Assembly (NCBI RefSeq): GCF_023585745.1
Contig: NZ_CP097762.1
Coordinates: 690,001-722,000 of the forward strand
Direction: 5' to 3'
Origin: Candidatus Saccharimonadota bacterium
GTDB taxonomy: Bacteria > Pseudomonadota > Gammaproteobacteria > Enterobacterales > Enterobacteriaceae
DNA length: 32,000 bases
Below are positions 7,845 through 18,868 of the stretch, one piece after another (within the stretch, counting starts at the first letter, position 1; every line of letters starts with the position of its first letter). The notes beneath the pieces are model-generated. The model saw only the letters and a program-made list of their open reading frames with translations, did no database searches and was not told where the DNA came from. The position numbers were made by a program, and so were the translations under genes.

Positions 7845-9281
7845 ATGATGGGTGTTGAACGAATTTTTTCTTTTATTCATGAAAATCGAATAAAATTTAT
7901 TGATTTACGTTTTACTGATATCAGAGGTAAAGAACAACATATCACAATTCCTACATCGTATGTAAATAAAAATTTATTTAGTAACGGTAAAATATTTGAT
8001 GGATCGGCTATTAAAGGTTGGAAACAAATTCATGAATCTGATATGGTGTTGATGCCAGATTGTAATAGCAATTTTATTGTTGATCCGTTTTATAAAGAAC
8101 CTACAATAGTAATGCGTTGCGATATTTGTAACCCTTGTTCTTTAGAGAATTATGATAGAGATCCTAGATCTATAGCGAAGAAAGCGGAGAAATTTTTATA
8201 TAATTCTGGTATCGCTGATCTTGCAATGTTTGGACCAGAACCGGAATTTTTTTTATTTGATGATATTCGATTTAAATCTTCAGTATCAAAGTCTTATGTA
8301 ATAATTGATGATATAGAAGCATCTTGGAACAGTGGTAAGATATATAGCAATGGAAATAAGGGTCATCGTCTGCAAATTAAAAGCGGATATGCTGCAATTC
8401 CTCCAGTGGACTCATCACATAATTTACGTTCTTTTATGTCTATGATAATGGAAAAAATGGGATTAGTTGTAGAAACTCATCATCATGAAGTTGCAACTTC
8501 TGGTCAGAATGAGATAGCAATTCGTTTTAATACTCTTACAAAAAAAGCAGATGAGATACAAATATATAAATATATAGTACGTAATGTTGCGAACGATTTT
8601 GGAAAAACCGCTACTTTTATGCCTAAACCTATTTTAAATGATAATGGTTCTGGTATGCATTGTCATGTATCTTTGTTCCAAAATGGTATTAATTTATTTT
8701 CTGGAAATTCGTCACAACATTTATCAGATATCGCTTTATTTTATATTGGAGGTATCTTATATCATGCTAAGGCGTTAAATGCTATAACTAATCCTACTAC
8801 AAATTCTTATAAGCGTTTAGTGCCAGGATATGAAGCTCCTGTGATGTTAACTTATTCAATGAGTAATCGTTCTAGCGCTGTTCGTATCCCATCGATTTCT
8901 AAAACATTAGATAAAGATGATAACAATAAGTCTTGTCGTATTGAGATTAGATTTCCCGATCCTGCTGCTAATCCTTATTTAGCTTTTTCTGCATTGCTTA
9001 TGGCAGGATTAGATGGGATTTTTAATAAAATCCATCCTGGAGAACCAGTTAATAAAAATTTATATATTTCTTCTGCTGAAGAAATATTTTCAATGCCTCG
9101 TATGGCTTCATCTTTTGATGAAGCATTAATACATTTAGAAGCAAATTGCCAATTTTTAATGCGTGGTAATGTATTTACTAGAGAGTTTATTGATACGTAT
9201 ATTGCATTGTGTCGAGAAGATATTAGATTATTGAATATTACGCCTAATCCTATAGAGTTTGAATTGTATTATAATGTGTAG
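7845..9281 (+). CDS. glnA: glutamine synthetase type I
   Basis: The track ORF 7782..9281 is trimmed to ATG 7845, which has GAGAG 7 nt upstream. [32 protein letters not shown] aligns with the E. coli GlnA N-terminus. Conserved blocks include [46 protein letters not shown] and [11 protein letters not shown]. The NLY adenylylation-site tyrosine context is present. There is a small insertion ([12 protein letters not shown]) relative to E. coli. Confidence 0.93.
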   Translation: MMGVERIFSFIHENRIKFIDLRFTDIRGKEQHITIPTSYVNKNLFSNGKIFDGSAIKGWKQIHESDMVLMPDCNSNFIVDPFYKEPTIVMRCDICNPCSLENYDRDPRSIAKKAEKFLYNSGIADLAMFGPEPEFFLFDDIRFKSSVSKSYVIIDDIEASWNSGKIYSNGNKGHRLQIKSGYAAIPPVDSSHNLRSFMSMIMEKMGLVVETHHHEVATSGQNEIAIRFNTLTKKADEIQIYKYIVRNVANDFGKTATFMPKPILNDNGSGMHCHVSLFQNGINLFSGNSSQHLSDIALFYIGGILYHAKALNAITNPTTNSYKRLVPGYEAPVMLTYSMSNRSSAVRIPSISKTLDKDDNNKSCRIEIRFPDPAANPYLAFSALLMAGLDGIFNKIHPGEPVNKNLYISSAEEIFSMPRMASSFDEALIHLEANCQFLMRGNVFTREFIDTYIALCREDIRLLNITPNPIEFELYYNV

Positions 9282-9425
9282 CATTAAAATTATCTGTTTT
9301 AGATAAAATATTATCTATTTATTGTTAAATATTAGAATAATAGTTTTATATGTTTTGTGTGGGTTTATTTAAGTAATTAATAAATTTTCATATATTTTAA
9401 TAAAAGATTTTTATATGGTAGTTTA

Positions 9426-10025
9426 ATGTATAACTATAATGCTACTCGTTTCTTTATGAGTGTCCCAAAAATTTATCGTTTATCTAATAATAAAAATATT
9501 ATGGGGATAGAAGTGGCTTTTGTTGGTTATTCTAATAGTGGCAAATCTAGTGTTATAAATGCTTTGACTGGGAAAAAAAAATTAACTAAGGTTAGTAAGA
9601 ATCCAGGCTGCACGAGATTTATTAATTTTTTTGAAGTACAATTAGGCGTATATTTAATTGATTTTCCTGGTTATGGTTACTCTAACGATAATACAATACA
9701 AAAAGATTATTGGAATCATGTAATATATGAATATTTAAAAAAAATCAGTGTAAAAGGATTAATTGTAGTTATAGATATTAGAAGGTCAATTAGAAGTTTA
9801 GATAAAAAAATTATTGAAAAAGCATTACTTATGAATATTCCTATTTTAGTTTTATTGAATAAATCAGATAAAATCTCTAAAAACACTTTGTGTATTATGT
9901 CAAAAAAAATAATAAAAGATTGTCAAAGTATTTTTAGTACAGATATTCAAGTTGAAATATTTTCTGCTGTTAAAAAATATGGAATATTTATTTTGCATAA
10001 AATTTTAAATAATTGGTTAAAATAA
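9426..10025 (+). CDS. engB: ribosome-biogenesis GTPase EngB/YihA
   Basis: 199-aa ORF with G1 GYSNSGKSS, G3 DFPGYGY and G4 NKSDK. The N-terminus is colinear with E. coli YihA. Convergent with polA, as in E. coli. Confidence 0.88.
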   Translation: MYNYNATRFFMSVPKIYRLSNNKNIMGIEVAFVGYSNSGKSSVINALTGKKKLTKVSKNPGCTRFINFFEVQLGVYLIDFPGYGYSNDNTIQKDYWNHVIYEYLKKISVKGLIVVIDIRRSIRSLDKKIIEKALLMNIPILVLLNKSDKISKNTLCIMSKKIIKDCQSIFSTDIQVEIFSAVKKYGIFILHKILNNWLK

Positions 10026-10106
10026 TTATTTTTGCGCATGATATTATTATTACAATAAGCTTACATTATAAAGATTTTTATGAGATCGAGTCCAGATAGG
10101 TTTGTT

Positions 10107-12923
10107 TTAATGAGCTTGTTCCCAATTTTTTCCAATTCCAATATCTACCCTTAAAGGGACTTTAAGTACATAACATTCTTCCATTAATTTTTTGATTTTT
10201 TTTGTAAAAAAATCCACAATACTGTTTTGTACTTCAAATACTAATTCATCATGTACTTGCATGATGATTCTGGCTGGAATGTCATCTGTTTGCAACCAGT
10301 TATCAATAGATATCATAGCTTTTTTTATAATATCAGCTGCACTGCCTTGCATAGGAGCGTTAATAGCTGCCCTTTCCGCGCTTCTTTTTTGAGATATATT
10401 ATTAGAATAGATATTTGGTAGATATAATTTTCTTCCATTTAAAGTATAAACATAACCGTATTTTTTTACGTGTTCTCGTATGTATTGCATATATTTCATA
10501 ATACCAGGGTAACGTTTAAAGTAGCGATCTACATATTGTTGCGCTTCTTTACGTGTTACAGATAGTTGTTGTGCTAATCCAAAAGCGCTCATTCCGTAAA
10601 TTAATCCAAAATTAATAGTTTTAGCTTTATGTCTTTGTTCGTTAGTGACTGATTGTAGAGTAGTTACAAATATTTCAGCAGCTGTTAGAGTATGGATATC
10701 TTTTTCAGAAAGAAAGTCATGTATTAATTTAATATCTTTAGATAAGTGAGCCATAATTCTTAGCTCTATTTGTGAATAATCTGCAGCTATAATTAAAAAA
10801 TTTTTTGGAGCAATAAATGCTTGTCGTATTTTTCTACCTTCGTAATTCCTATTAGGAATATTTTGCAAATTAGGGTTATTAGAAGATAAACGTCCTGTAG
10901 AAGTTCTAGTTTGATTATATGAAGTATGTACTCTGTTTGAATGTTTATTAATCACATCGGTTAATTTATTGGTATAAGTAGATTTTAATTTAGATAAACT
11001 GCGATATTGCAGAATTATTTTTGGTATTGGATATTTTTTTGCTAGTATTTTTAATACCTCTTCATTAGTTGAAGGTGATCCATGAGGTGTTTTTTTTAAA
11101 ATTGGTAGTTTTTGTTTGTTGTATAATATTTCCTGTAATTGTTTAGTAGAAGCTAAGTTAAAAGGTGTTCCAATTAATTTATATGCAGTTAATTTTAGTG
11201 TGTTAATTTTAGAATTTAGTTCTTCTGAGTGATTATGGAGTAATTGTTTATCAATTAGGACTCCGTAATTTTCTATACGCGATAGCACAGTTATTAAGGG
11301 TATTTCTATTGTTTTAAATATTTCTTTTAGTTTAGGGTTTTCTGATATTTTTATCCATAAAATATTATGTAATTTGGACATTGATTGGGTGAGTTGAATA
11401 GAATGTATAGATCTTAACTGTACATTCCCTAAATCTAATGTTTTTTTGTTTTTTTCGTAAAAATTATAATTTTCTTTAAAGTTTAAAATTGCGTTGAATG
11501 TATTTATATCTAAGAAGTTTTTTATATTTTTAAAATTAGCTGTACCGTATAGTACATATAATTCTAAAATTACATCAAATTCTATACCTAATAAATCAAT
11601 GTTATATCGTTTAAATATAGAATGGCTAAATTTCAGATTTTGTCCAATTTTTTTTATTTTTGAATTTTCTAAAATAGGTTTAAGAATATTTAATGTTTTT
11701 TTGAGACATAAAAAATTATAATAATTTTTAGAGTAATCAGTTTGTATAGGAATAAATGCATTTTCTTTAGAGTCTATAGATAGACTAATACTAATAATAT
11801 TAGCTGTAGAAGCATTAAAATTATCTGTATCTAAATTAAATGTAAAAATTTTAGCAACATTAATTTTTTTTATCCAATTAAATAGCATATCGGTATCATG
11901 TATTATTTTAATAGTTTTTTCTTGATAGAAATTTGTTAGTAATTTATTTTTTTGTAAATTTAATTTATTTTCTGAAAATTTAGTTGGTAGTGTAATATTA
12001 TTTGCATAATTTTTATGAATTAACCATGTACCTGATTTTAAGTCTATTAACCATTTTTCAAATTCATATTTTTTAAATAAAGATAATAATATATCAATAT
12101 TTGCTGTTTTAATGGATAATTGATAATCTGCTTCTTTTAATAGTATATTGGTATTAATAGTTGTTAATTTATAATATAAAAATAGTGCGTCTTTATTAAT
12201 TTTTAATGCATTTTTTATTGTTTTAGTGTTACGTAGATTTAATGTATCAATTTTTTCTAGTTGTTCGTATATTGTCTTTAAGTTTCCTATTTTATTTAAT
12301 AAAATTTGAGCAGTTTTTTTACCTATTTTAGGAATGCCAGGAATATTATCTGAGCGATCACCGATTAATGCTAAATAATCGGCCATTAGATTCGGAGGAA
12401 TACCAAATTTTTTTTCTATTTCTGCAGGAGTAACAATATTATTTGATGCACTATTAATAATAGTGATTTGTGGAGATATAATTTGTGTTATGTCTTTATC
12501 TCCTGTACTAATTAATACATGATTTTTTTTTGATTTTTGCGCAAAAAACACAGACAATGTTCCTATTATATCGTCTGCTTCTATTCCAGGAATTTTAAGT
12601 ATTTTTATACCCATAGCTTCTATTATTTGACATAAAGGATTCATTTGAATAGAAAGGTTTATAGGAGTTTTAGGACGATTAGCTTTATATTGTGCATATA
12701 AATCTTTTCGGAATGTTTTTTGTCCTATTGTGTCAAATATAACAGCCATTTGAATTGGTTTGTGTTTTTTTAAGAGACTGTTTATCATTTTTAGCACACC
12801 ATATATTACCCATATTGGTTCTCCTAGACTATTAATTAACTGTGGGAAGGCGTAATATGCACGATATGCATAATAAGAACCGTCCACTAAGATTATTGGA
12901 TTTTTTATATTTATTATAGTCAT
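10107..12923 (-). CDS. polA: DNA polymerase I (full length; proofreading site apparently degenerate)
   Basis: 938-aa ORF. 5' nuclease motifs present (GDKD, LIGDRSDNIPGIPKIGKKTA). Polymerase motifs A DYSQIELRIMAH, B RHKAKTINFGLIYG and C QVHDELVFE are present. The Exo I/II/III positions are substituted (see findings). Confidence 0.95.
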   Translation of the reverse strand: MTIINIKNPIILVDGSYYAYRAYYAFPQLINSLGEPIWVIYGVLKMINSLLKKHKPIQMAVIFDTIGQKTFRKDLYAQYKANRPKTPINLSIQMNPLCQIIEAMGIKILKIPGIEADDIIGTLSVFFAQKSKKNHVLISTGDKDITQIISPQITIINSASNNIVTPAEIEKKFGIPPNLMADYLALIGDRSDNIPGIPKIGKKTAQILLNKIGNLKTIYEQLEKIDTLNLRNTKTIKNALKINKDALFLYYKLTTINTNILLKEADYQLSIKTANIDILLSLFKKYEFEKWLIDLKSGTWLIHKNYANNITLPTKFSENKLNLQKNKLLTNFYQEKTIKIIHDTDMLFNWIKKINVAKIFTFNLDTDNFNASTANIISISLSIDSKENAFIPIQTDYSKNYYNFLCLKKTLNILKPILENSKIKKIGQNLKFSHSIFKRYNIDLLGIEFDVILELYVLYGTANFKNIKNFLDINTFNAILNFKENYNFYEKNKKTLDLGNVQLRSIHSIQLTQSMSKLHNILWIKISENPKLKEIFKTIEIPLITVLSRIENYGVLIDKQLLHNHSEELNSKINTLKLTAYKLIGTPFNLASTKQLQEILYNKQKLPILKKTPHGSPSTNEEVLKILAKKYPIPKIILQYRSLSKLKSTYTNKLTDVINKHSNRVHTSYNQTRTSTGRLSSNNPNLQNIPNRNYEGRKIRQAFIAPKNFLIIAADYSQIELRIMAHLSKDIKLIHDFLSEKDIHTLTAAEIFVTTLQSVTNEQRHKAKTINFGLIYGMSAFGLAQQLSVTRKEAQQYVDRYFKRYPGIMKYMQYIREHVKKYGYVYTLNGRKLYLPNIYSNNISQKRSAERAAINAPMQGSAADIIKKAMISIDNWLQTDDIPARIIMQVHDELVFEVQNSIVDFFTKKIKKLMEECYVLKVPLRVDIGIGKNWEQAH

Positions 12924-13181
12924 AACAATGTAAAAATTTTTAATTTGGTGGAATTAGGTGTTGCATTACAGCTTAATAAGCTATTTGGTGTATTTGTTTA
13001 AGTTTATTAAATATTAACATTAGCACACAAAAATATATATTGACAAATTTATTATTTATCACTCATAATAATGAGTCTTATGATTTCATGGTAATACATA
13101 TTTATTATAATGACAGTAATTATTGCAGTATATGTTATTACAATCTTGTAGAGAATACATTTAATTATTTATTAAAGATAG

Positions 13182-13211
13182 AATATTCCATATAATGGAA
13201 TATTATTTTTT
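13182..13211. terminator. hairpin plus T6 overlapping the dsbA stop codon; orientation ambiguous
   Basis: AATATTCCAT (13182-13191) and ATGGAATATT (13195-13204) form perfect 10-bp arms around a 3-nt loop. On the plus strand this is followed by A+TTTTTT (13205-13211). On the minus strand it is followed only by CTATCTTTAAT. Confidence 0.4.
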
Positions 13212-13832
13212 CTCTATAAGTAAATTTAATAATTCACAGAATTGTTGAATATATGCATTTACCGATGATATATCTAATTTATCATTTTTTACCATATATT
13301 GTCCATTTATAAATATTGATGGTACTCCTTTTAAACAAAAGTCTATTGCTGCTTGTTCTTGATCTAAAATTAAAGATTTTACTAAAATACTATTCCAAGC
13401 AGTATCAAATTCTTCAGATTTTATACCAGATTTAATAAATATTGACCTAATATCTTCTGTGGTGCGAATAGATTGTTGTTTTTGTATTGCTTCAAATAAT
13501 ATAGGACTAATTTTAGTTTCTATGCCTAATGCGATTGCTACAGCCCATGCATGTGTTAATTGTTTTCCTAAATTTCCTAAAAAATTAACATGATATTTAT
13601 AAAAATATATGTTTTTAGGCAATGTTTGTTGTATATGATTGGAGATATGATAAATTTGTTCAAATTGGTAACAATGCGTGCAGTAAAAAGAAAAAAATTC
13701 TAGTATTTTCGGTGCATTATGAACAGGTTTATTTAAACGAATGTATTGTCTTCCCTCAATTATTGATGAAGATATACTTTTGCATGAAAATATTAAAAAA
13801 ATTATCATCATTATTAGATGTAATTTTTTCAT
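13203..13832 (-). CDS. dsbA: periplasmic thiol:disulfide oxidoreductase DsbA
   Basis: 209-aa ORF with a hydrophobic signal-like N-terminus (MKKLHLIMMIIFLIFS). Thioredoxin-fold active site FFSFYCTHCYQFE (CxxC; E. coli has CPHC). A strong AAGGGGGGAA SD sits 4 nt upstream of the ATG. Adjacent to polA, as in the E. coli neighbourhood. Confidence 0.85.
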   Translation of the reverse strand: MKKLHLIMMIIFLIFSCKSISSSIIEGRQYIRLNKPVHNAPKILEFFSFYCTHCYQFEQIYHISNHIQQTLPKNIYFYKYHVNFLGNLGKQLTHAWAVAIALGIETKISPILFEAIQKQQSIRTTEDIRSIFIKSGIKSEEFDTAWNSILVKSLILDQEQAAIDFCLKGVPSIFINGQYMVKNDKLDISSVNAYIQQFCELLNLLIEKK

Positions 13833-14223
13833 ATTCCCCCCTTAATAAACCATATTAAATTATAAATAGAACATAAATGTATTTTATTAGAAATATATTA
13901 CTAAAATTGAATTTATTTTAATTTTGAATATTGGTAATTTTTGTTATTGAAATATATTTATATGTTTTAAAGTATATAGATTTTTTTATTATTTTTATCC
14001 TTTAAGAACTGTATCAATAAAAATAATTATATAATATTTATTTATTATGATAATAATGAAATGTTATGTTGGAATTTTATATTAATAAAAAATATTTATA
14101 TATTTTTTATTATATGTTTAAGTATAAATTTATTTATATTATTTAGTGAGTTAACTTAATATATTGTTTCATTTAAAAATAAAAACTTTTATATGATTTA
14201 TTTATATAAAGATATTATACAAT

Positions 14224-15723
14224 CTATTTATTAGAGTTATTATTTTTGTTTTTATGGTTTAAAATGTTGAGTTTTTCCCAAATGCTATCGATATAGCAGC
14301 ATATTGCACTACTCATATTTATTGGATCGCCCCATTTTCTGTTAGTTTCTCCTGGCCATTTATTTGTAGCATCTATACCTATCTTAGATCCTAATCCAGC
14401 AATAGGACTAGCAAAATCGAGATAATCAATCGGTGTGTTTTTAACGATCGTAGTATCACGATCTGGGTCTACTCGTGTAGTTATAGCCCATATTACATCA
14501 TTCCAATTTCTTGCATCAATATCATCATCACATACAATAATAAATTTAGTGTAAATAAATTGCTCTATGAACGACCATACTCCAAAGATTATACGTTTTG
14601 CATGTCCAATATATTGTTTTTTTATAGTGACAATAGCTAATCTATATGAACATCCCTCTGGAGGTAAATAAAAATCTGTGATTTCTGGAAATTGTTTTTG
14701 TATTATAGGAATAAATATTTCATTCATTGCAATACTAAGCATTGCGGGTTCATCTATGGGTTTACCAGTATATGTAGAATGATAAATTGGGTTATTTCTT
14801 CGAGTTATATGAGTAATAGTGCAAATTGGAAATTTATTAGTAGTATTGTAATATCCTGTATGGTCTCCAAAAGGACCTTCTGTCGCAAGGATATTACGTT
14901 CTAAATATCCTTCTAATATAATTTCAGAGTTTGCTGGAATCTCTAAGTTACATGAGATACATTTAGTAACTTCTGTTTTTCGTCCTCTTAATAGACCGGA
15001 AAAAGCATATTCTGATAATGTATTAGGAATAGGCACTACTGCGCCTAGTAAAGTAGCGGGATCAGCACCTAATGCTACAGTAATTGGAAATCTTTTTTCT
15101 GAAGTATTTTCTGCCCATGATTTAAAATCTAAAGCACCCCCACGATTAGATAACCATCTAATAATAATTTTATTTTTTGATAATACTTGTTGACGATAGA
15201 TGCCCAGGTTTTGCCTTTTACTATGTGGTCCACGAGTTATAGTGATTCCCCAAGTTATTAATGGAGATATATCCCCAGGCCAACAGCGCATTATTGGCAT
15301 ATGTGTGATATCTACATCTGTATCATAGTAAATATTTTCCTGACATGGAGCAAAACTTACTTGTTTAGTAGGCATATGTAATATATGCCGAAAATTAGGT
15401 ACATTAGAAAAAAAATCTTGTATATTTGTTGGTAATTCTGGATATCTTAAAAATGCAAGTAATTTCCCAATATCTCGTAGTGCCATAACGTTTTTTTTTC
15501 CCATACTTAGAGCAATTCTATTAAGTGTGCCGAATAAATTACAAAGTACAGGCATTGAATATCCTTTAGGATTGTTGAAGAATAGTGCAGGTCCATTTGA
15601 TTTAATAGTACGATGGGAAATTTCTGTCATTTCTAGATTCGGATCAATAGGAATGTCGATACGTTTTAATTCACCGTGATGTTCTAAAATTTTAATAAAT
15701 TCGCGCAAATCATTATATTTCAT
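14224..15723 (-). CDS. ubiD: 4-hydroxy-3-polyprenylbenzoate decarboxylase
   Basis: 499-aa [25 protein letters not shown] compares with E. coli UbiD MKYNDLRDFLTLLEQQGELKRI, and the two are colinear along the full length. Confidence 0.93.
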   Translation of the reverse strand: MKYNDLREFIKILEHHGELKRIDIPIDPNLEMTEISHRTIKSNGPALFFNNPKGYSMPVLCNLFGTLNRIALSMGKKNVMALRDIGKLLAFLRYPELPTNIQDFFSNVPNFRHILHMPTKQVSFAPCQENIYYDTDVDITHMPIMRCWPGDISPLITWGITITRGPHSKRQNLGIYRQQVLSKNKIIIRWLSNRGGALDFKSWAENTSEKRFPITVALGADPATLLGAVVPIPNTLSEYAFSGLLRGRKTEVTKCISCNLEIPANSEIILEGYLERNILATEGPFGDHTGYYNTTNKFPICTITHITRRNNPIYHSTYTGKPIDEPAMLSIAMNEIFIPIIQKQFPEITDFYLPPEGCSYRLAIVTIKKQYIGHAKRIIFGVWSFIEQFIYTKFIIVCDDDIDARNWNDVIWAITTRVDPDRDTTIVKNTPIDYLDFASPIAGLGSKIGIDATNKWPGETNRKWGDPINMSSAICCYIDSIWEKLNILNHKNKNNNSNK

Positions 15724-15904
15724 AGTTCAAATTTATTTACAGATTAATTATTTGATAATTAATTTTTCTTATTAAATTAATTGTCGAGTAGTATATAATA
15801 TCATTTTTAATAAAAAATTTATTAATTATTTTTTTGTATATTTTAATTTTATATGAAAATATAATATTAATTTACAATTTTATTGATTTTGTATCATTTT
15901 ATTT

Positions 15905-17542
15905 TTAAATGCGTCTCCATCCTACAGTCCATATGTATATCCCTATGATAAATAGGAAAATAGAAAAGTTTTTAAAATATTTATCTTTTGTATATAAAAA
16001 GATGCTACTTATTATAATAAGTATTGTTCCAATACTAAATAAGAACACAGCTCGGTGATGATTAGTACGTTGTTTTATTAATTTTGTTATTAATTTTTCT
16101 ATTTTTTGTTGTAGAAAAAAAGAGTGTTTAAATTCATGACCTAATATATTAGGTAATTCTATAGTTTTATTGATCAAATAAGGTATTTTATTTTTAATGC
16201 TACACATGATTGTTGAAAATTTTAATTGGTCTTGTATCCATTTTTCGAAAAATGGTTGCGCTGATATCCAAAGATTTAAATGAGGATATATTTCTCTAAT
16301 TATTCCTTCAATATATAGCAGAGTTTTTTGTAATAAGATTAATTGTGGTTGCGCCTCCATATTAAAATATCTTGCAGTATTAAATAAATAAAATAGTATT
16401 TTACTAAAAGGGATGTTTTTTAATGGTTGTGTAAAAATTGGTTCGAATACTGTTCTAAGTGCACCTTCAAAATCTTCAATGTTAGTATTCGTTGGTATCC
16501 ATCCGGAATCTAGGTGTAATTCGGCAATTTTACGGTAGTCTTGTTTTAAAAATGCAATGAAATTAGCTGCTAAGTAATATTTGTCTTTTTTATTTAATGA
16601 TCCAACAATTCCACAATCTATAGTAATGTACTTTGGATTATTTGGATACTTACAGCTAATAAAAATATTTCCGGGGTGCATATCTCCGTGAAAAAAACTA
16701 TCTCTAAATACTTGTGTAAAAAATATTTCTATTCCGCGTTTTGCTAATAATTTCATATTAGTTTTTTTTCTTTTTAATGTGACTATATCATATATCGGTA
16801 TTCCATAAATACGCTCCATTACCATGACATTTTTGCTACATAAATTTACATATACTTTTGGTATATATAGTATTTTACTATTTTTAAAGTTTCTTCTTAA
16901 TTGTAGAGTGTTTGCAGTTTCTTTTAATAAATTAAGTTCATTGAAGAGGGTTTTTTCGTATTCCTTAAGAATTTCTGAAAATTTAAATTTTCTTCCTTCT
17001 GGAAGAAATTTATAAACCCAATATGATAATTTATGCATTAAATATAAATCTGATTTTATAATTGGTACAAGACCTGGTCGAATAACTTTAATTACTATAT
17101 CTTTGTTGTTTTTTTTTAATTTTGCAGAATGTACTTGTGAGATAGATGCAGAGGCTAATGGTGTTTCTTGAAAATTTTTAAAGTATGTATCTAATGGGTG
17201 TCCAATAGCACGTTCTATATATGTTTTAGCAATCATGCTGTCAAAAGGTTTTACATGATCTTGTAGAATTGCTAATTGATCTGCAATAGAATCTGAAAAA
17301 ATATCACGACGCGTAGCTAGCATTTGTCCAAATTTAACCCATATAGGCCCTAATGTTTGTAATGCTAAACGTAATCTATTTTCTAAAGTTAGATGTGTAT
17401 GTTTGTTAAAAATCCGTAATAAAAATCTGTTTTTTATTTTAAACAGGAAAATTAACCGATGATCTGGAATAAAATCGCTTAATCCATAATGTAGTATTAT
17501 TTTTATTATATAATAGAGTCGGTATATTTCAGTAAAAACCAT
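15905..17542 (-). CDS. ubiB: ubiquinone biosynthesis protein UbiB (ABC1/ADCK kinase-like)
   Basis: 545-aa ORF. Contains LGPIWVKFGQMLATRRDIF, an atypical-kinase core (ASISQVH, HGDMHPGNIF) and two C-terminal hydrophobic helices. Sits downstream of ubiE, as in E. coli. Confidence 0.92.
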   Translation of the reverse strand: MVFTEIYRLYYIIKIILHYGLSDFIPDHRLIFLFKIKNRFLLRIFNKHTHLTLENRLRLALQTLGPIWVKFGQMLATRRDIFSDSIADQLAILQDHVKPFDSMIAKTYIERAIGHPLDTYFKNFQETPLASASISQVHSAKLKKNNKDIVIKVIRPGLVPIIKSDLYLMHKLSYWVYKFLPEGRKFKFSEILKEYEKTLFNELNLLKETANTLQLRRNFKNSKILYIPKVYVNLCSKNVMVMERIYGIPIYDIVTLKRKKTNMKLLAKRGIEIFFTQVFRDSFFHGDMHPGNIFISCKYPNNPKYITIDCGIVGSLNKKDKYYLAANFIAFLKQDYRKIAELHLDSGWIPTNTNIEDFEGALRTVFEPIFTQPLKNIPFSKILFYLFNTARYFNMEAQPQLILLQKTLLYIEGIIREIYPHLNLWISAQPFFEKWIQDQLKFSTIMCSIKNKIPYLINKTIELPNILGHEFKHSFFLQQKIEKLITKLIKQRTNHHRAVFLFSIGTILIIISSIFLYTKDKYFKNFSIFLFIIGIYIWTVGWRRI

Positions 17543-17965
17543 TATTTTTCCTGTAATTTTACATAAGGTATAAATATACTTTATTTTATTTTTAAATAAT
17601 AGTTTTTATAAAATTATGATGTTTTCAAGCAGTTTTAAAAATAACTTTTTAAAACATTATTATATTTTATATAATGATTTTAAAAATATTATGTTGTATA
17701 TTTAATTAAATCTTAATGCTTATTTTAGTATAATTTTTTTTATTTTAAAGTAAACGTCTTAATATTCTAAGATTAGATTTTTTTATAAATAATAATTATT
17801 TGATATTATGCTTTATATAAATAATCATTTTAATATTTACTATATGTAATATATTACTAGTGTTGGGTATTATGATTTCTCAAAAATTAATATTTAATTT
17901 ATTAGTGACAACGTTAAACAAGACTGGAGTTATGCAGGTGTGTTAAAAAACAAACATAGTGTTTT

Positions 17966-18724
17966 TTATTTTTTATAAGCGCTATATAACACAGCAATTC
18001 CACCGGTTAAATTAGTATAACTAGCATTAGTGAATCCTGTTTGTGTAATAATATCTTTTAATGTTTCTGGATCTAAATTCATACGAATAGATTCTACAAG
18101 ATATTGATAACTATCATGACTGCTTGTTATAACTGCGCCTAATTTAGGTAGGACGTTAAATGAGTACAAATTATACAGCTTTTTAAATGACGAAAAAGTA
18201 GGCGCTCCAAATTCTAAAATTAATAGTTTTCCTCTAGGTTTTAGTACTCTGTATACTGAAAACAGTGCTTTTTCTTTATTTGTAAAATTTCGTAATCCAA
18301 AAGAAATTGCAATACAATCAAAAGTATTACTAGGAAATGGTAAATATTCGGCATCAGCCTGTATATATATTATATTGTTCAGTATTCCTAAATTTCGTAA
18401 TCTATCACGCCCTTTACATAACATAGTATAGTTTATATCTAGTAGCACTACTATTCCTGTGTTGCCGACTAGTTTTGAAAATTTTATGCTTAAATCCCCA
18501 GTACCTCCAGCCAGATCTAAAACTTTGTTCCCAGAGTGTACTTCACTATGTTGTAGTGTATAATGTTTCCAAATTCTATGTATACCAAATGACATTATAT
18601 CATTCATTAAATCATATTTATTTGCTACAATATCAAATATATTAGATACCATAGAATTTTTTTTTGTTTTTTGAATATTTTTAAATCCGAAATGGGTCAT
18701 GTCTTTATCGTGTTTATATTTCAT
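17966..18724 (-). CDS. ubiE: demethylmenaquinone/ubiquinone C-methyltransferase
   Basis: 252-aa ORF with THFGF, the SAM motif VLDLAGGTGDL, and ISFGLRN. Colinear with E. coli UbiE. Confidence 0.93.
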   Translation of the reverse strand: MKYKHDKDMTHFGFKNIQKTKKNSMVSNIFDIVANKYDLMNDIMSFGIHRIWKHYTLQHSEVHSGNKVLDLAGGTGDLSIKFSKLVGNTGIVVLLDINYTMLCKGRDRLRNLGILNNIIYIQADAEYLPFPSNTFDCIAISFGLRNFTNKEKALFSVYRVLKPRGKLLILEFGAPTFSSFKKLYNLYSFNVLPKLGAVITSSHDSYQYLVESIRMNLDPETLKDIITQTGFTNASYTNLTGGIAVLYSAYKK

Positions 18725-18868
18725 ATTTTATAATAATATTTATTATGTATATTAGATAATTAAAATTTAACAAAATTAAACTTGTTGTTTCAATTTTTAT
18801 GAAATTAATGATTTTTTATTATTAATAATGAAATTATTTTCTTTATTAAGAAAAATCTAAAAAAAAAT

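Noticed and set aside
10026-10106. Spot 42 (spf) sRNA, which lies between polA and engB in E. coli.
   Set aside because: The gap is only 81 bp, has no resemblance to the Spot 42 sequence as I recall it, and has no terminator hairpin.
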